The notes under the pieces are model-generated. The model was given only the letters and a program-made list of their open reading frames with translations, ran no database searches and was not told the DNA's origin. Both the position numbers and the translations under genes were made by a program. Positions 41,378-53,048 of a DNA stretch of 64,000 bases are shown here, piece by piece (the first letter of the stretch is position 1; each line of letters starts with the position of its first letter). The DNA comes from a virus. Lineage: Duplodnaviria > Caudoviricetes. The DNA lies in the IMG/VR virus record IMGVR_UViG_3300033463_000010, positions 64,001 to 128,000 of that record; one strand, given 5' to 3'.

Positions 41378-42430
41378 TTGGTAAACACTATGGATGTCAC
41401 ACAGTATGGTGCCGAAACCGTCACATACGCTCACGTACACGCATTATTGAAGACTCTAGGAAATCGTAGTAGAGATTTTATACGATGTTTTGATATAACT
41501 TCTATATGGTGCTACAAGTATGCCTATATAGTTTTACAAGGCTTTCTCCCACGGGGTCTTATAGCTTGGGAACAGCATCACATTGTCCCTGTATCTTATT
41601 ACAGGTCTATTGGTTTGCCGTGTAGTAGGCGTGACAGACTAATATGCAGGAACAATCTTACAGAACTTACAATAAAGGAACATATATTCGCCCACTACTG
41701 TATGGTCAACTGTTGTACGCATATTAAAACGAAGCGAAAACTAATTAGAGCGTTTTATATAATGTTTTATGGCGTAAGCGAAGGCAATCGTGTGTATAAC
41801 GAACTCTGTGGCACCCCATACTTTATGGCGTTTGCGACTATCACAGAACAACAGGTTTTGGGTCATTTAAGTTCCGTTACATTTGCCAGGAAACCCAACA
41901 ATTTGGTTAAACGACAGATTGTTAGGGAATATCACAGACACCCTAAATACCCGATTGCTATTATCTATTCCTCGCCATTATCTATATATAGGGCATACGT
42001 AAAACATTATAACCCGCTAACTCTAGTTAATAAAAACTATTGCAAATGGCTATCACGTGTATTGTGCATATATGCAAGGTATGTGCGTATGCTTGCAATA
42101 GAACTTGCAGTAAAGAAGAATGTGCGGTTTAGCGACTATATACTGCGTCCTGTCCCTATAGCATACAAAACTAGGTTACTATCTGTTGACGTGTGCCATA
42201 GATTGTGGCGTGGGTCGGTCTTCGCTACATTAGACTATATTGATACCTATTTAGGTGCATCCCCAATCCCGATAGAATTAGAAACCCCGCATAGCCCTGT
42301 AATACAGTTAGGGTATAACGGTGGACTACCCTCACAAAAACCTAAACGCCCTATACGATATGTCCGACATATACTAGATACTGTTGTTTGTGACGAACCA
42401 CTTGTAATGCTCCACGGCTGTGGACTATAA
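41378..42430 (+). CDS. HNH homing endonuclease-like protein (start uncertain, possibly ATG at 41390)
   Basis: WEQHHIVP...NNLTELTIKEHIFAH; AT-rich with atypical codon usage. Confidence 0.7.
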   Translation: MVNTMDVTQYGAETVTYAHVHALLKTLGNRSRDFIRCFDITSIWCYKYAYIVLQGFLPRGLIAWEQHHIVPVSYYRSIGLPCSRRDRLICRNNLTELTIKEHIFAHYCMVNCCTHIKTKRKLIRAFYIMFYGVSEGNRVYNELCGTPYFMAFATITEQQVLGHLSSVTFARKPNNLVKRQIVREYHRHPKYPIAIIYSSPLSIYRAYVKHYNPLTLVNKNYCKWLSRVLCIYARYVRMLAIELAVKKNVRFSDYILRPVPIAYKTRLLSVDVCHRLWRGSVFATLDYIDTYLGASPIPIELETPHSPVIQLGYNGGLPSQKPKRPIRYVRHILDTVVCDEPLVMLHGCGL

Positions 42431-42507
42431 GCGTAAATCTTGCGTAATGCAATCACGTGGTCGCAGTCCCACGCACATAGTGTCCCTAGTATTTACTATA
42501 TACGTAA

Positions 42508-42535
42508 AAGCCCCGCAAGGAATCCCTGCGGGGCT
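42508..42535 (-). terminator. Terminator at the convergence of the two arms
   Basis: agccccgca..tgcggggct with an A run on the left. Confidence 0.65.
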
Positions 42536-44605
42536 GTAAGAAGGAGAAAATAGGACACACATTATCCTACACCAAATATAACTTAATTCCGATTCAAGCG
42601 GTCGTATTCCCTACGCAGCACGTCGTATTCGTGCTGCTTACTGCTCAATTCCCGTTGCAGGTGCCTGTTCATATCCACCAGGTTATCGTAGCCCTGGCAG
42701 CGTAGCCTGTATTTCCTGGTCCGCTGCACCAGGTCCCGCATACGCCTGCGGTCCGACCCGTGGGTGAACATACACCCTAGCGTAAAGGCGACGAACGCCA
42801 CAAACAGATAACTCATTTGTCCCCCTTGCGTTTGGCGAATGCGTCAGCCCCATAGTGGAATTTGTAGTATAGGTCCATTCCGCACTTCGGGCAGACACAA
42901 TCGTAGTTGCGGAGTTTGTCATAGTCGCACTTCGGATTTAGGCACTTCATTGTCGCCCTCCCGCTTACGCAGCATCTTACACAGCATAAGGTTGTCCCAT
43001 TTCAGTTTGTCGTTTTCGTGTTCCAGGTCACGGATTTGCTCACGGGCGTTCCTGTGGGCGTGTAGGTAGCCCAGGGTCCAACAGCAAAGGACGCTGACAC
43101 CCATTTGCCAATTATCCGTCAGTATGCTCCAAATAGCGTCTGTCATTCGTCCCTCCCCGTCGCCATCTTGTGAAACGCCCTGGCTTTCGCTTCCCATTCA
43201 GCAGCCTTGTGCTTCCAATCCTTGACTTCCTCTTCTAGCATTTGAACGTCGTGTTCCGCACACAGGTTGTCCTGTTCTAGTTGCGTATTACGCTCCCGCA
43301 GCAAACGTATTGTTTCGTTGTAGTCTTCGGACGCACCCCGCAGCAACTTGCGGTAGTGGCTGTCTTGGAAAAAGCGTCCTATCGCATACCCTAGCATTAG
43401 GGCATACACGCCCGCCAGGATATTCAATCCAACATAGTCTATCATAGGTCCTCCAGGTTTACAGGTTCAAATTTCATTACGGGTTTCTCTAGCCCGAACG
43501 CACGGGCGAGCAGGTCAGCCATTACCAGGCTTGTCTTTCCCACTAGCGGATAGCCACTTTCGGGCGGGGGTGTGTTCGGGGCGTAGCGAACAGGCGTTTT
43601 TCGGGTGTCAATTTTTGGCATATTCTAGGTAATCCCTTATATTCATAGTTTGTGTGTAAAATCGGTAGGTAGGGTTTTTAACTTGTAAGCAAGGGCAGGC
43701 GGGGCGGGGGGCGTTGTTCGCCTGCCATAAATATAACAAAATATCTAATACAATACCACGCCCCCGCTAGAAAATCCGCAGCGTATCGGAAGTGAATATA
43801 ACACTTTACCCTGTGCAGTGCTACTTGAACCCGCAGATACGTTTTATAAGGGACTTGCAGTCGTCTGTGCAGGCGTAGTAGCAGCAATCCCCGACCAGGT
43901 TGGGATTAGAGCCGTGGTTTTCCATAAGCCCCTTTGTGACAAGTCCCTCGCATATCACGCCATCGTTTGACGTGGGCTGTGTGCAGAAGTGGTTACGGAA
44001 GGCGACCTTCCCGTAATCGTAGCCTAGCGTATGTTTGATAATGTCAATTTCGGCTAGGGATAGTTGAATGTGGTCCAGGTCTAGCATAGGCGGTTGAGCG
44101 GGGGTTGCAGGTGGAATATAACAGATTACAGAATGCCCCGACGTTCAACGGTTCGGGCATCCAGGGAAAAGGTGGCACCGCAGACGGAGCAGCGTTTGAC
44201 ATAGACGGGTTTGCCCGTGAGCGGGTCCATACGGGGCTTCACGTCGCCCGCCAAATTGGAAATAACGGGCTTGACGGAGTCCTCGGAATTGCACAGGGGG
44301 CAGCGGGTCCAGGTGTGTGAGAGTTTCATAGGCAATATAACAGGTTATCTAGTAAAGGGCACAGTCCACGGGCGACGTGTCGTCCTGGGTCCAGGGGACA
44401 AGCCACCCGTCGGGACCTGTGACATACTTGACAGCGGGGGTTAGTTTCGGGAAGTAGCCCCACCTGCCGTTGTAGAACCGCCATTCGGTCTGTGGCGGGT
44501 CGGGGGTTTCAAAGTTGGGGTCCTGGTGGACGGACCCTGGGTCCCAATCGCCCATAGTGTAGTTTCCTTGTAATGGTGACAGTGTGTCGGGGTGGATATA
44601 ACAGT

Positions 44606-44995
44606 TTACCTGCGGTATTGTGCAAGGTAGGTGGAGTTGACGGCTTGTTCCAGGGTTTGCCAACGGGCGTATTTGGCTTCGGGAATGGTGACGGCAAATG
44701 CGTTGGCAAGGACTGTGGCGAGTTCGCCAGGTGTAATGGGAAATTCGGACAGGCGTGAGTTGGGACCTATGCCCTCGGTTGAGCGTAGGAAGCGGTCGGC
44801 AAGGTAGTCTGTGACGTAGTGCGTGATTTCGCAGCCGTCGGCTACGATTAGCTTGTCCTGTATATGGTCCTTGCAGCAGTGGAACGATGCAGGGGACCAG
44901 GTAGCCTGGAAGCCCGTATGCTTGCAAACGACGAGTGGCGTGTAGCCGTCGTGGTTGTAGTCAAGTTTGGCGTATATGCAGTCAAGGCAGTTCAT
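44606..44995 (-). CDS. Cys-rich N-terminus plus degenerate acyl-carrier-protein-like domain
   Basis: IGPNSRLSEF..GELATVLANAFAVTIPEAKYARWQTLEQAVN resembles the ACP pattern; DSL serine absent. Confidence 0.45.
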   Translation of the reverse strand: MNCLDCIYAKLDYNHDGYTPLVVCKHTGFQATWSPASFHCCKDHIQDKLIVADGCEITHYVTDYLADRFLRSTEGIGPNSRLSEFPITPGELATVLANAFAVTIPEAKYARWQTLEQAVNSTYLAQYRR

Positions 44996-47900
44996 AGCTA
45001 GGGAAGTTTTTCGTGTTCAACGAAGTGCAGGATAATGTCGCAGGCTTTTTCCAGGTCGTCGGACTGTGCGAACTTGGCACTGTAATCATACACGAAGTCG
45101 CCCGTAGGGTGTTCCAGGAAGACTGTGGTGCCGTCCGTAGTGACGAGTATGTATTGCCCGCTGAACAGGTCCACGGAACCCTGCGGGAGTGGCTTGGCGT
45201 TTTCGGGGAGTGACACAATGCCGTCGCCCTGTTCAACGAACTGCCGTGTGCTGATGCGGTGCGTGTTTCGGAGCAGCAGCGGGCGGGTGTCGCCTGCAAG
45301 CCGTTCCTGGAGCCTGTCAAAGATACTGTCTATCGTAAAAGCCATAGGTCATTTGAGCCATTCGGGTTTGGGGAAGTGCGACGAATAGGTGATTTCGTCG
45401 GTTTCTGTGGATTCAACTTCGTGTGCGTCGTCCCAATAGGTCCGCAGGTCGGTTCCCGTGGGCAGGTAGCAGACGATAATCGCAGCGGTGAAATTGTGGT
45501 CTTCGTCCTGGGTGTAGCCCGTAATCCAATAGGGGCATTGGATAGGCTTGAGCGATTGGAGCGGGCGGGGGTCGTCCACGGATTTGGTCTTGAAGCGATA
45601 GCGTGTGTATGACATAGGGTTTTCCTTATTGGATTAGGGTGGTTTCGGCTTTGGAAACGTGCCCGTTAATGTCAACCGTCCTTTCGTCGTCGGTAAGGTT
45701 GGCAAGCCGTTCGTTAAGTGCGTCAATGGCTTCCTGGGGGACGGGTCTGTTCGTATTGTGCGACGGCAGGTTTGAATACGTCCAAAATACCAGGTGCTTC
45801 GTGTAGGGGTTGAGTTGCAGGCATTCGCCCGACAAGGTGTTCTGCGTGATGATACCGCACAGTCGGCTAGACAGCATAGCGTGGACGGGTCTGCGGTTGT
45901 CGGGTGAGTAGAAGTAGAACGGCTTGTCAAATTCGGGAACCTGTTCCTTGAACGACTTCCAGGCGTAGGGCTGCTTTTCTGTTGACATAATACCTCGGTA
46001 TGGTTGAAAGTAAATATAACAAATTATCTAACGGTCGTCCTTGACGCAGCAGGGGGCGTTGTCAAGCAGCGGGAAGCCCCCGCAGTAGAACGGGCGGTGT
46101 TTTTCTGCCTGTTCTTCCACCCACCGTTCAAAGAACAGGGTGTTGTTCGGGAAGCGGTAGCGGAACGATTTGTGCAGGTCGGAAAAACCTACGTTGCACA
46201 ATATGTCGTAGGGGTCCTGGTCGGTCTTGCTCAAAAGGACATACTTGTTCCGTGGGTAGTTGAAGAATGACACTTTTTCAAGTCCCCATTTTTCTTCGGG
46301 CGTGTGCCAGGGATATACCCAGGTTTCGGTCCCGTCTTCGGACTTGAAGAACTTTATGCCTGGGTAGTTCTTCTCCAGGATAAACTTGAACGCTTCTTCG
46401 GTCATTCGTCGGCTCCCTGGAAGCAGGACGGTATCGGGTCGTCAATGTAGTTGGCTGAAAAGTCGGGCTGCGGTGGTCCGAACTGTTCCACGATACGGGA
46501 CACTTCGGCTTTGGCGATTTCGTCGGACATTTCCGTGCTTTCGTCGTAGCGGGCTACGATTAACCCGTTGTAGCGGATAAAGGCGAGCATACCGTAGTCT
46601 TCAACCAACGTCCCACGGGGACGGCAGAATTTCGCTTGATGCAGGGTCGTATAGGATTCAATGAACGTCCCCAGGGGGCACGTTTCTTTGGTAAGGTTGA
46701 ATTTGGCTAGAAGCAGGTCCAGGACCTTGAGGGCTTTTTCGTTCGGGGTCATACGTTTTCCTTTTGTTCGGGTTCGTCATCATACGGGGGGTTCGGGTGT
46801 TCTTCGCACCATTTGGCGAAGTCGCCCATTTGCTGCACGATAACCTTTTCGTCTTCTTCACGTTCCCGTATGAACTTTTGAAGACCACGTTGGTTATACC
46901 TGCACCCTAGTTCGCCTTTGGCGTTTTCGTAGATATAGTCTTCGTTATCCCCGAACAGCTTGCAGGTCGGGTAGTTTTCCTGGTAATCGTAATCTTCGTA
47001 GGGGCAGTTCTTACAACGCATATCACGGCTTCGTTACAATGTAGTTTATGCCGTTGTCGCAACGGCAGGTGACGTAATCCCCTGTTTTGAGTTCCATATT
47101 GGCTGCGGGGTCGTATTTGGAGCGTCGGGCGATTAGCTCTATGGAGCCTGCTTCTACCAGGAACAGGTCCCCGTCCGAATAGCGGATTAGTGCTTTGAAT
47201 GAGGTTGAAGTCATAGGCGAATATAACAGTTTACCTTGTTAGGGGCTAAAAATTTTTTTTGGGCTACCTGTTACGGTAGGTTCTTTTCAATGTAGTAGTT
47301 CCCGTTATGCTGCACGAACCCGTCGGGGCAGGTCAGTTTCCAGGATTTGTCGCTTCCGAACAAGTCGGTGAAACGGTCCAACTTGCAGCCGTGGTGCTTG
47401 CCGTCCTCGGTCGTATAGGTCGTCGGCTGTTCGGGACCGTCAGCCTGGGTTTGTTTGCGGAGCATAATCATAGGGACTACGCAGAGGCTCCAAAACAGGA
47501 CCACGGCAACTGTAATCGCTGTGGTGATTATAATTCGTTTCCAATCTAGTTTCATAGATGTGTTCCTCGGTTGTGGGTTAATAGCCTTTGCCACCGTGCT
47601 TGTCGGCTTCGGGGTTGGAAGTCACCCACCCCGTATGGTTGCAGTGCAGAAGTTCACGGCAGTCAAAGCAGATTTTGTGGTTCGGGTCCACGGGCGTGGC
47701 GTATGCCCCAGGCTTCCCGCAGACTTCGCAGATTGTCGTATTTTCTTCGGGTTCGGGTAGTTCCGCTATCGCAAGGTTTATACTTCCTTGCGTAAGGTCC
47801 ACGGTTTTTGAACCATACACGTCGTTGCGGGAAATCGTGATTTTGTCCGTTTCGCTAGTCTGCTCATACAGCTTTGCGACGTAATAGTAGCGTAAGGGGC

Positions 47901-50817
47901 TGTCGCACATTTGGACGAAGCCCTTGATTTCCCAATTATGGTCGGGGGTCATAGTGAACGTCGGGGGGCTAGACATACAGCTTTGTTTCAGCATTATACC
48001 TCTTGCCACCATATCACGGATTTTGTTGCCTAGATACGTGACGGCAAAATCCGCACGTTCCATAAGTTCTTGCAGGTCGTAGGCTTCGGGGCACTTGTCG
48101 TAATCTATTGTCATATAAAAACCGACGGGGTTAAAAGTGAATATAACAGGTTATCTAGTCTAGCAAAATCGGTGCAAAATTTTTTATGTCACAGTCGGAC
48201 AATCCATTATTCCGCATCGCTTTTAAAAGAATGCTTTTACCCTTTGGAAATTCCTGTAGTTCGTGTTCTACATATAGACGCAGTGGCAGGATTTCAAATC
48301 CATATAAATGGGTTAGAACCCAAAAGCCTTTTTTAAGTAATGCTTGGCACAAAGGGAACATCGGTTGGGCAATTCCATCCATTTGTTCGCAGATTGCGTT
48401 ACTGTGCATATATTCCCTAGTTTCTATTTGGACTTCGTTTGGAACTTGCGGGTGAAATTTGATTAGTATTTCCATATGGGGTTTCCTTTTAAATTTAAAA
48501 AAGGTTGAAAGTGAATATAACAGGTTATCTAGTATTCCGTAGAAACGTAGAAGTTTTGACCGCAGCGGGAGCAGTGGACCTCGTATTCTGCGGGTGTGTC
48601 GTCGGTAGCGGGGCGTGTGCAGTCGCTTTCCCAAACGGAGCAGGTTTTACCGCAGCACGGACACCACGCTTCCATATCTTCCTCGTTAAGGTGTGATACC
48701 ATACTCATAGAAAGTAGCCCCCTAGTGCAGCATTTTGTCCAATTTGAGCAGGAACGCTATGCCTTGCGTTAGTTCCATTTCACAGAAGAAATTCAGCAGA
48801 TATTCCTTGTTGTATTCAAGGAACCCTGCTATGGGCTTTGCGTGGGCGAACACTTTGGGACAGAACGACGGGAACGACATTTGTTCGTAGTCTAGCTTCT
48901 TTGACCGTTCGCTGTCTGCAACTATCTTTTCTGCGGGAAGGTATCGGTTGAGCCAGGTAAAGGCGTAGCGGATAGCCTGTTGGACGTGTTCTTCCTTGAC
49001 GTATTTCCAGGTTATGTATTGTCCTAGACCTAGCGTAAGGGTCACGTCGTCGGCTATGGTGCATTCTATGTGCTGATGGTCGGGGCTGTATTCTTCCTTG
49101 ACTATAAGACGGGCTACCGTCCCGCCATCTTCGGAACGTTCGTCCGCTTTCAGCACGACGCAGTTGGGGTATTCAGCCTGGATTTTGTGGAAAAATGTGA
49201 ATAAGTCAATGGCATCGCCCATAGGTTATTCCTCGGTTTTAATGTCTTTGTCGGGATAGCACCAAAGGTGCGTTGTAAGTAGTTGCCTGTAATGGGACAC
49301 GGGCAGTTCCCCGTCGCTTGAATAGATAACACGGTCGTGGAACTTGTGTCGGCTTGCGTGTTTCAGCGGTAGGTCCTTTCGTTTGAGCAGGATAGTTGAA
49401 TTGTCCTGCGGGACTTCCTCTTCAAAGCTACGCCAGGTTATAGTGCAGTGTTCGGTCTGTCGCATACGGTGTTCCTATGTCAGCAGGACGTGGAATGAAC
49501 GGATTACGAAATACACCAGGTAGATTATCGCAGCCAACAGAATGACTACGGCAAGACAGCAGCCACAGCCCTTGTCGTCCACGCACTCCGTATCGGAGCA
49601 GCAGAAGATAAAGACAAGGATAGCCACAATCGCTGCCGTGGCTAGACCGTATTCAAGGGGCGTAATCATTTGCGGGTCCTACGTGGAGCCTTACCAGGGT
49701 TAAGACTGTGTTCAAGCGGGACCAGGGCGAAGCCCTGGTGGTCTGTCAAGATATGCCCCTTTGAGCGGGCTATGTCTATTGCACTGATTTGTGTCATAGG
49801 TGCGTTACCATTTCATAATGTTGCGAATGAACTCACGCTGTTCGGGGACGTATTCGTTCAAGATTCTTTCCCTGCGAATGCCTTCTATCACCCCCAGGGT
49901 GAACTGTGCCAGGACGATTAGGAACCCTGCGATTAGGTGGACGTAAAGCGGGCACAGGAGGGACCAATGCCACGGCAGGGCGGTTACGGACCATACCTGG
50001 AACTTGCCCACTTCGGCAAAGTGCAGGATTACCGCCAGGATTGTGTAAATGACCGTGAGCGGGAAAAGTTTGGTTGAGAGTTTGGACAGAATGTTTAGGA
50101 ACAGTGTCATTTTGGTTTTCCTTTTGGTTATGGGTTAAACAGGGGCGTTTCCAAACGGTCCCCCATAGATTAAGGTTTTAGGTGTCTTCGGTTTGGTTTC
50201 AAACAGTATGTCAAACAGGTAGTCCCGCCTTACGCCTGCGTGTTTCTCGCACATTCCGTAATGTTCCACGGAGTAAAGGGCGGGAAGGCTGCAATTACAG
50301 ACAAAGCAGGTGGCACCCCCGAAATCTTTGCGGTGGCGGTCTTTGTATTCTTCGTAGGTTGGTAATGTCGGTATAATCTTGCGGGCATCGTCCTGGACCC
50401 TTCTCACGTTGTCGTCGGGCAGTTCGTCCAGGTATTGTTGAATTTTGGCGAACGGCATACCCTCGGTAATGAGCCGTAAATCGGCAACCGTTCTAGGCAG
50501 CAGGCAGTTCATTTTTATAAACAGGGTCATATCTTCCACGGACTTGAAGTCTTCACGGTCTTCCACCAACTTGCAGTGGTCGCCCAGGGTCCTGTGGACC
50601 ATATAGCATTTGCCTGTATTTAAGCCGATATACCATTGACGCTTTAAGAAATTCAACAGTATTTCGTCGGTATCTTCGTAGGCGTAGGTGTGGTCTATTT
50701 CCACGCAGATACCGCAGCAGAACAACAGGTTAATGATGTTGAATACTGCGTCCCTGGTCTTTTCGTCCCAATGAATGATAGTCATTTTCCCTCGGTGGTT
50801 GTGGTTTTACTATACCG

Positions 50818-50870
50818 AATATAACTAATTATCCAGGCGGTGTCAATAGGTAATCTAACAAAATACCTAG
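50818..50870 (-). promoter_or_regulatory. Early promoter with an extra upstream motif copy
   Basis: TTGACA at 50846-50841 and TATATT at 50823-50818; second TAGGTATTTTGTTAG upstream. Confidence 0.75.
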
Positions 50871-51869
50871 AATTTTAATTGTATCGGGAACATAGGGTTT
50901 TCGGGGACGGGGCTATCGCCCAGGACGATATAGGCAGCGACAAAGAATGCCGTGAGCAGCATTCCGATTGTAGTTAGTCGGGCTTTCAATGACGTAATCG
51001 GGTCAAAGAAAATCGCTAGGCAGGTCAAGCCGATTGCACCGCCCAATAGATACATAATGTCGTAAGTAGTCATTGGGCTAGTCCTTTGTTATACGGAGTG
51101 TAAACGCTTCGTCCCAACGGGAAGCACCCACGGCACGGACGTAGCAGCCGTCCCGTTCCTGGGCGGGCTTTTTGAAGCGGGCGTGTTCACAGATATACTG
51201 CGTCTTCGTTTCACGGATTACGGGGTATCGGGCTATCCCGCCTGCGACAAACGGATTGTTCTGTTCAAGGATTTTCATAGTCTTTTATCCAGGTCTGTTT
51301 CGGCAGGGACTTCAAGAATGTAGTAGTTGGTCTGCTTGAAGTCACCGCACGGGGGTTGCTGTTGGTCTATGGATATTTCTATCCTGTCGTTATAGGACCC
51401 GCTGACCGTTACGGTCATAACCAGGTCTTTTCGGGCTTCGGGGTTGGTTATATGGACTATCATTGTAAAGTTCCTTTTACGTTAGCATCGGCAGAATGTT
51501 CGGGTTTTCCCTAACGATTTCGTCGTGGATTTCCTGGAACGTTTCCATTAGGGTTTCTTTGGCGGGTAGTCGGGAATAGACTAAATCGTGGAAATTGATT
51601 AGGCGGTCCCTGGTTATGAACCTGTGGTCCATAGACTGCGTGTCTGCGTGGACGTGGACGTTCGGGTAATCAAACCACCAGGTAAACATCACACTGCCGA
51701 TTTCAACGAAATTCCAGGTCCCACGCCTGCAATCGGAGCAGGCATAGTAGAACCCGTTGCGTCGTTGCTTCCCGCAAATCGGGCAGCACGGGAACGGCTT
51801 CAGCTTTCGGGTTTTCGGAATGGACCTGTGACGCTTTTTCATTGGGTTGTCCTTTTCGGTGAATGAAAC

Positions 51870-52532
51870 TTATATCGGAACAGTCTTGCAGAGTTCCTTG
51901 TTTTCGTTGGTCCATACGAACCAGGCGTGACACATAGTTGTCGCCCAACGGCTCCCGTGTTCGTCGGTAGGTTGCCCGTTGTTCCAGGTAGCCATACGCT
52001 TTGCGAACGGGAAGCAGAACTTGGGCGGGTGGTCAATAAGGAACTGCTGTCGCTTGTCGCCTTCCCAAAATTGGATTTTGAGAAAGAACGCCAGGTAGCC
52101 TTTCGGTGCCAGGTGCTTCAAGCATTTTTCTGTAAATTCCTGGGCGAGCGAATACGGGGGGTTTGAAACGATTAGGTCGTATTTCGTCTTCGCCATAATC
52201 GCCAACGGTTCATAGAGCAAGAAATCCTGGACCCTGGTGTTCGGGTAGCCACGGTCCACAAGGTCAATAAACACGTTCCTAGCATCCAGGGAATTTTTGA
52301 GCGAATGCGTGAAATAGTCTAGCGTGGCTGTCGCTATGTTCCCGTTGCCTACGCAGGGTTCCAGGAATGACCTGGGGGTGAAATCTTGAAAATCGGGGTC
52401 ATACGTGCAAAGTGCATTAAACAGAGCTGCTACGGCTTTCGGGTCAGTAGCGTAGAAATCATTTTCGGTTCGGTAGCCTGCCGACGGGTTGCCACCTGCA
52501 AGTTGGGCACCCGATAGGGTTGGAAATGCCAT
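51870..52532 (-). CDS. Phage N6-adenine DNA methyltransferase
   Basis: DFYATD, motif I LEPCVGNGNI, motif IV SNPPY, AWFVW. Confidence 0.88.
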   Translation of the reverse strand: MAFPTLSGAQLAGGNPSAGYRTENDFYATDPKAVAALFNALCTYDPDFQDFTPRSFLEPCVGNGNIATATLDYFTHSLKNSLDARNVFIDLVDRGYPNTRVQDFLLYEPLAIMAKTKYDLIVSNPPYSLAQEFTEKCLKHLAPKGYLAFFLKIQFWEGDKRQQFLIDHPPKFCFPFAKRMATWNNGQPTDEHGSRWATTMCHAWFVWTNENKELCKTVPI

Positions 52533-52564
52533 AAGGGTTCCTTGATTAGATTTTGTCCTGTATG

Positions 52565-52617
52565 AATATAACTAATTACCTGGTCCTTGTCAATACCAAA
52601 TATAACAAAATACCTAG
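52565..52617 (-). promoter_or_regulatory. Early promoter of the MTase with a tandem motif copy
   Basis: TTGACA at 52593-52588 and TATATT at 52570-52565; second copy at 52617-52599. Confidence 0.75.
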
Positions 52618-52661
52618 ATAGGGTGCTGAAATAAGCCCCGTGGTCGGGGCTTTGTTATACG

Positions 52662-53039
52662 TTACTTCAAGACTTCGGATTCAAGCCACGGTTTCAGTTC
52701 TACGTCCCACCTGTCCCCGAAAGTCGTATATTCAATATCTACTTCTTTCGGGTTCATTTTTAGAATGTGCGACGGAACGTTCTGTCCCCAAAAAGTCAGC
52801 GGGTATTCCGTGTTGTTACAGATACATTTAGTAGAAACAATCGGCTTGCCCGCTTCTTTCTTTCCACCCAAATGAACGTCCCAATGTTCGGTCTTCGTCC
52901 CGTCGGTAACGTCTTCTATAAGGTGACAGCCACCCCCGTGCGGGAGTTGCAGGCAACTGCGAATAGCGGACATAACCTTTCGGATAAATTCCTGCTTCGT
53001 TAGGTCGTTGGATTCGTGTATGCGGATTTTTAGGGACAT
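52662..53039 (-). CDS. Putative internal head protein with MSLKIRIHE leader
   Basis: Leader almost identical to that of 18978; terminator at 52633-52652. Confidence 0.6.
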   Translation of the reverse strand: MSLKIRIHESNDLTKQEFIRKVMSAIRSCLQLPHGGGCHLIEDVTDGTKTEHWDVHLGGKKEAGKPIVSTKCICNNTEYPLTFWGQNVPSHILKMNPKEVDIEYTTFGDRWDVELKPWLESEVLK

Positions 53040-53048
53040 AGCGACCTG

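Larger units (their letters stand above)
42583..51842 (-). other. Cluster of small hypothetical early ORFs on the minus strand (e.g. 42583..42816, 43143..43445, 43821..44087, 44998..45345, 45349..45615, 45626..45988, 46028..46405, 46402..46752, 46749..47021, 47578..48114, 48722..49222, 49226..49465, 49805..50110, 50135..50785, 51477..51842)
   Basis: Co-oriented, packed ORFs, several with single TM helices. Confidence 0.7.

Noticed and set aside
41378-42430. IscB/HEARO element
   Set aside because: No PLMP or split RuvC motifs; only an HNH core
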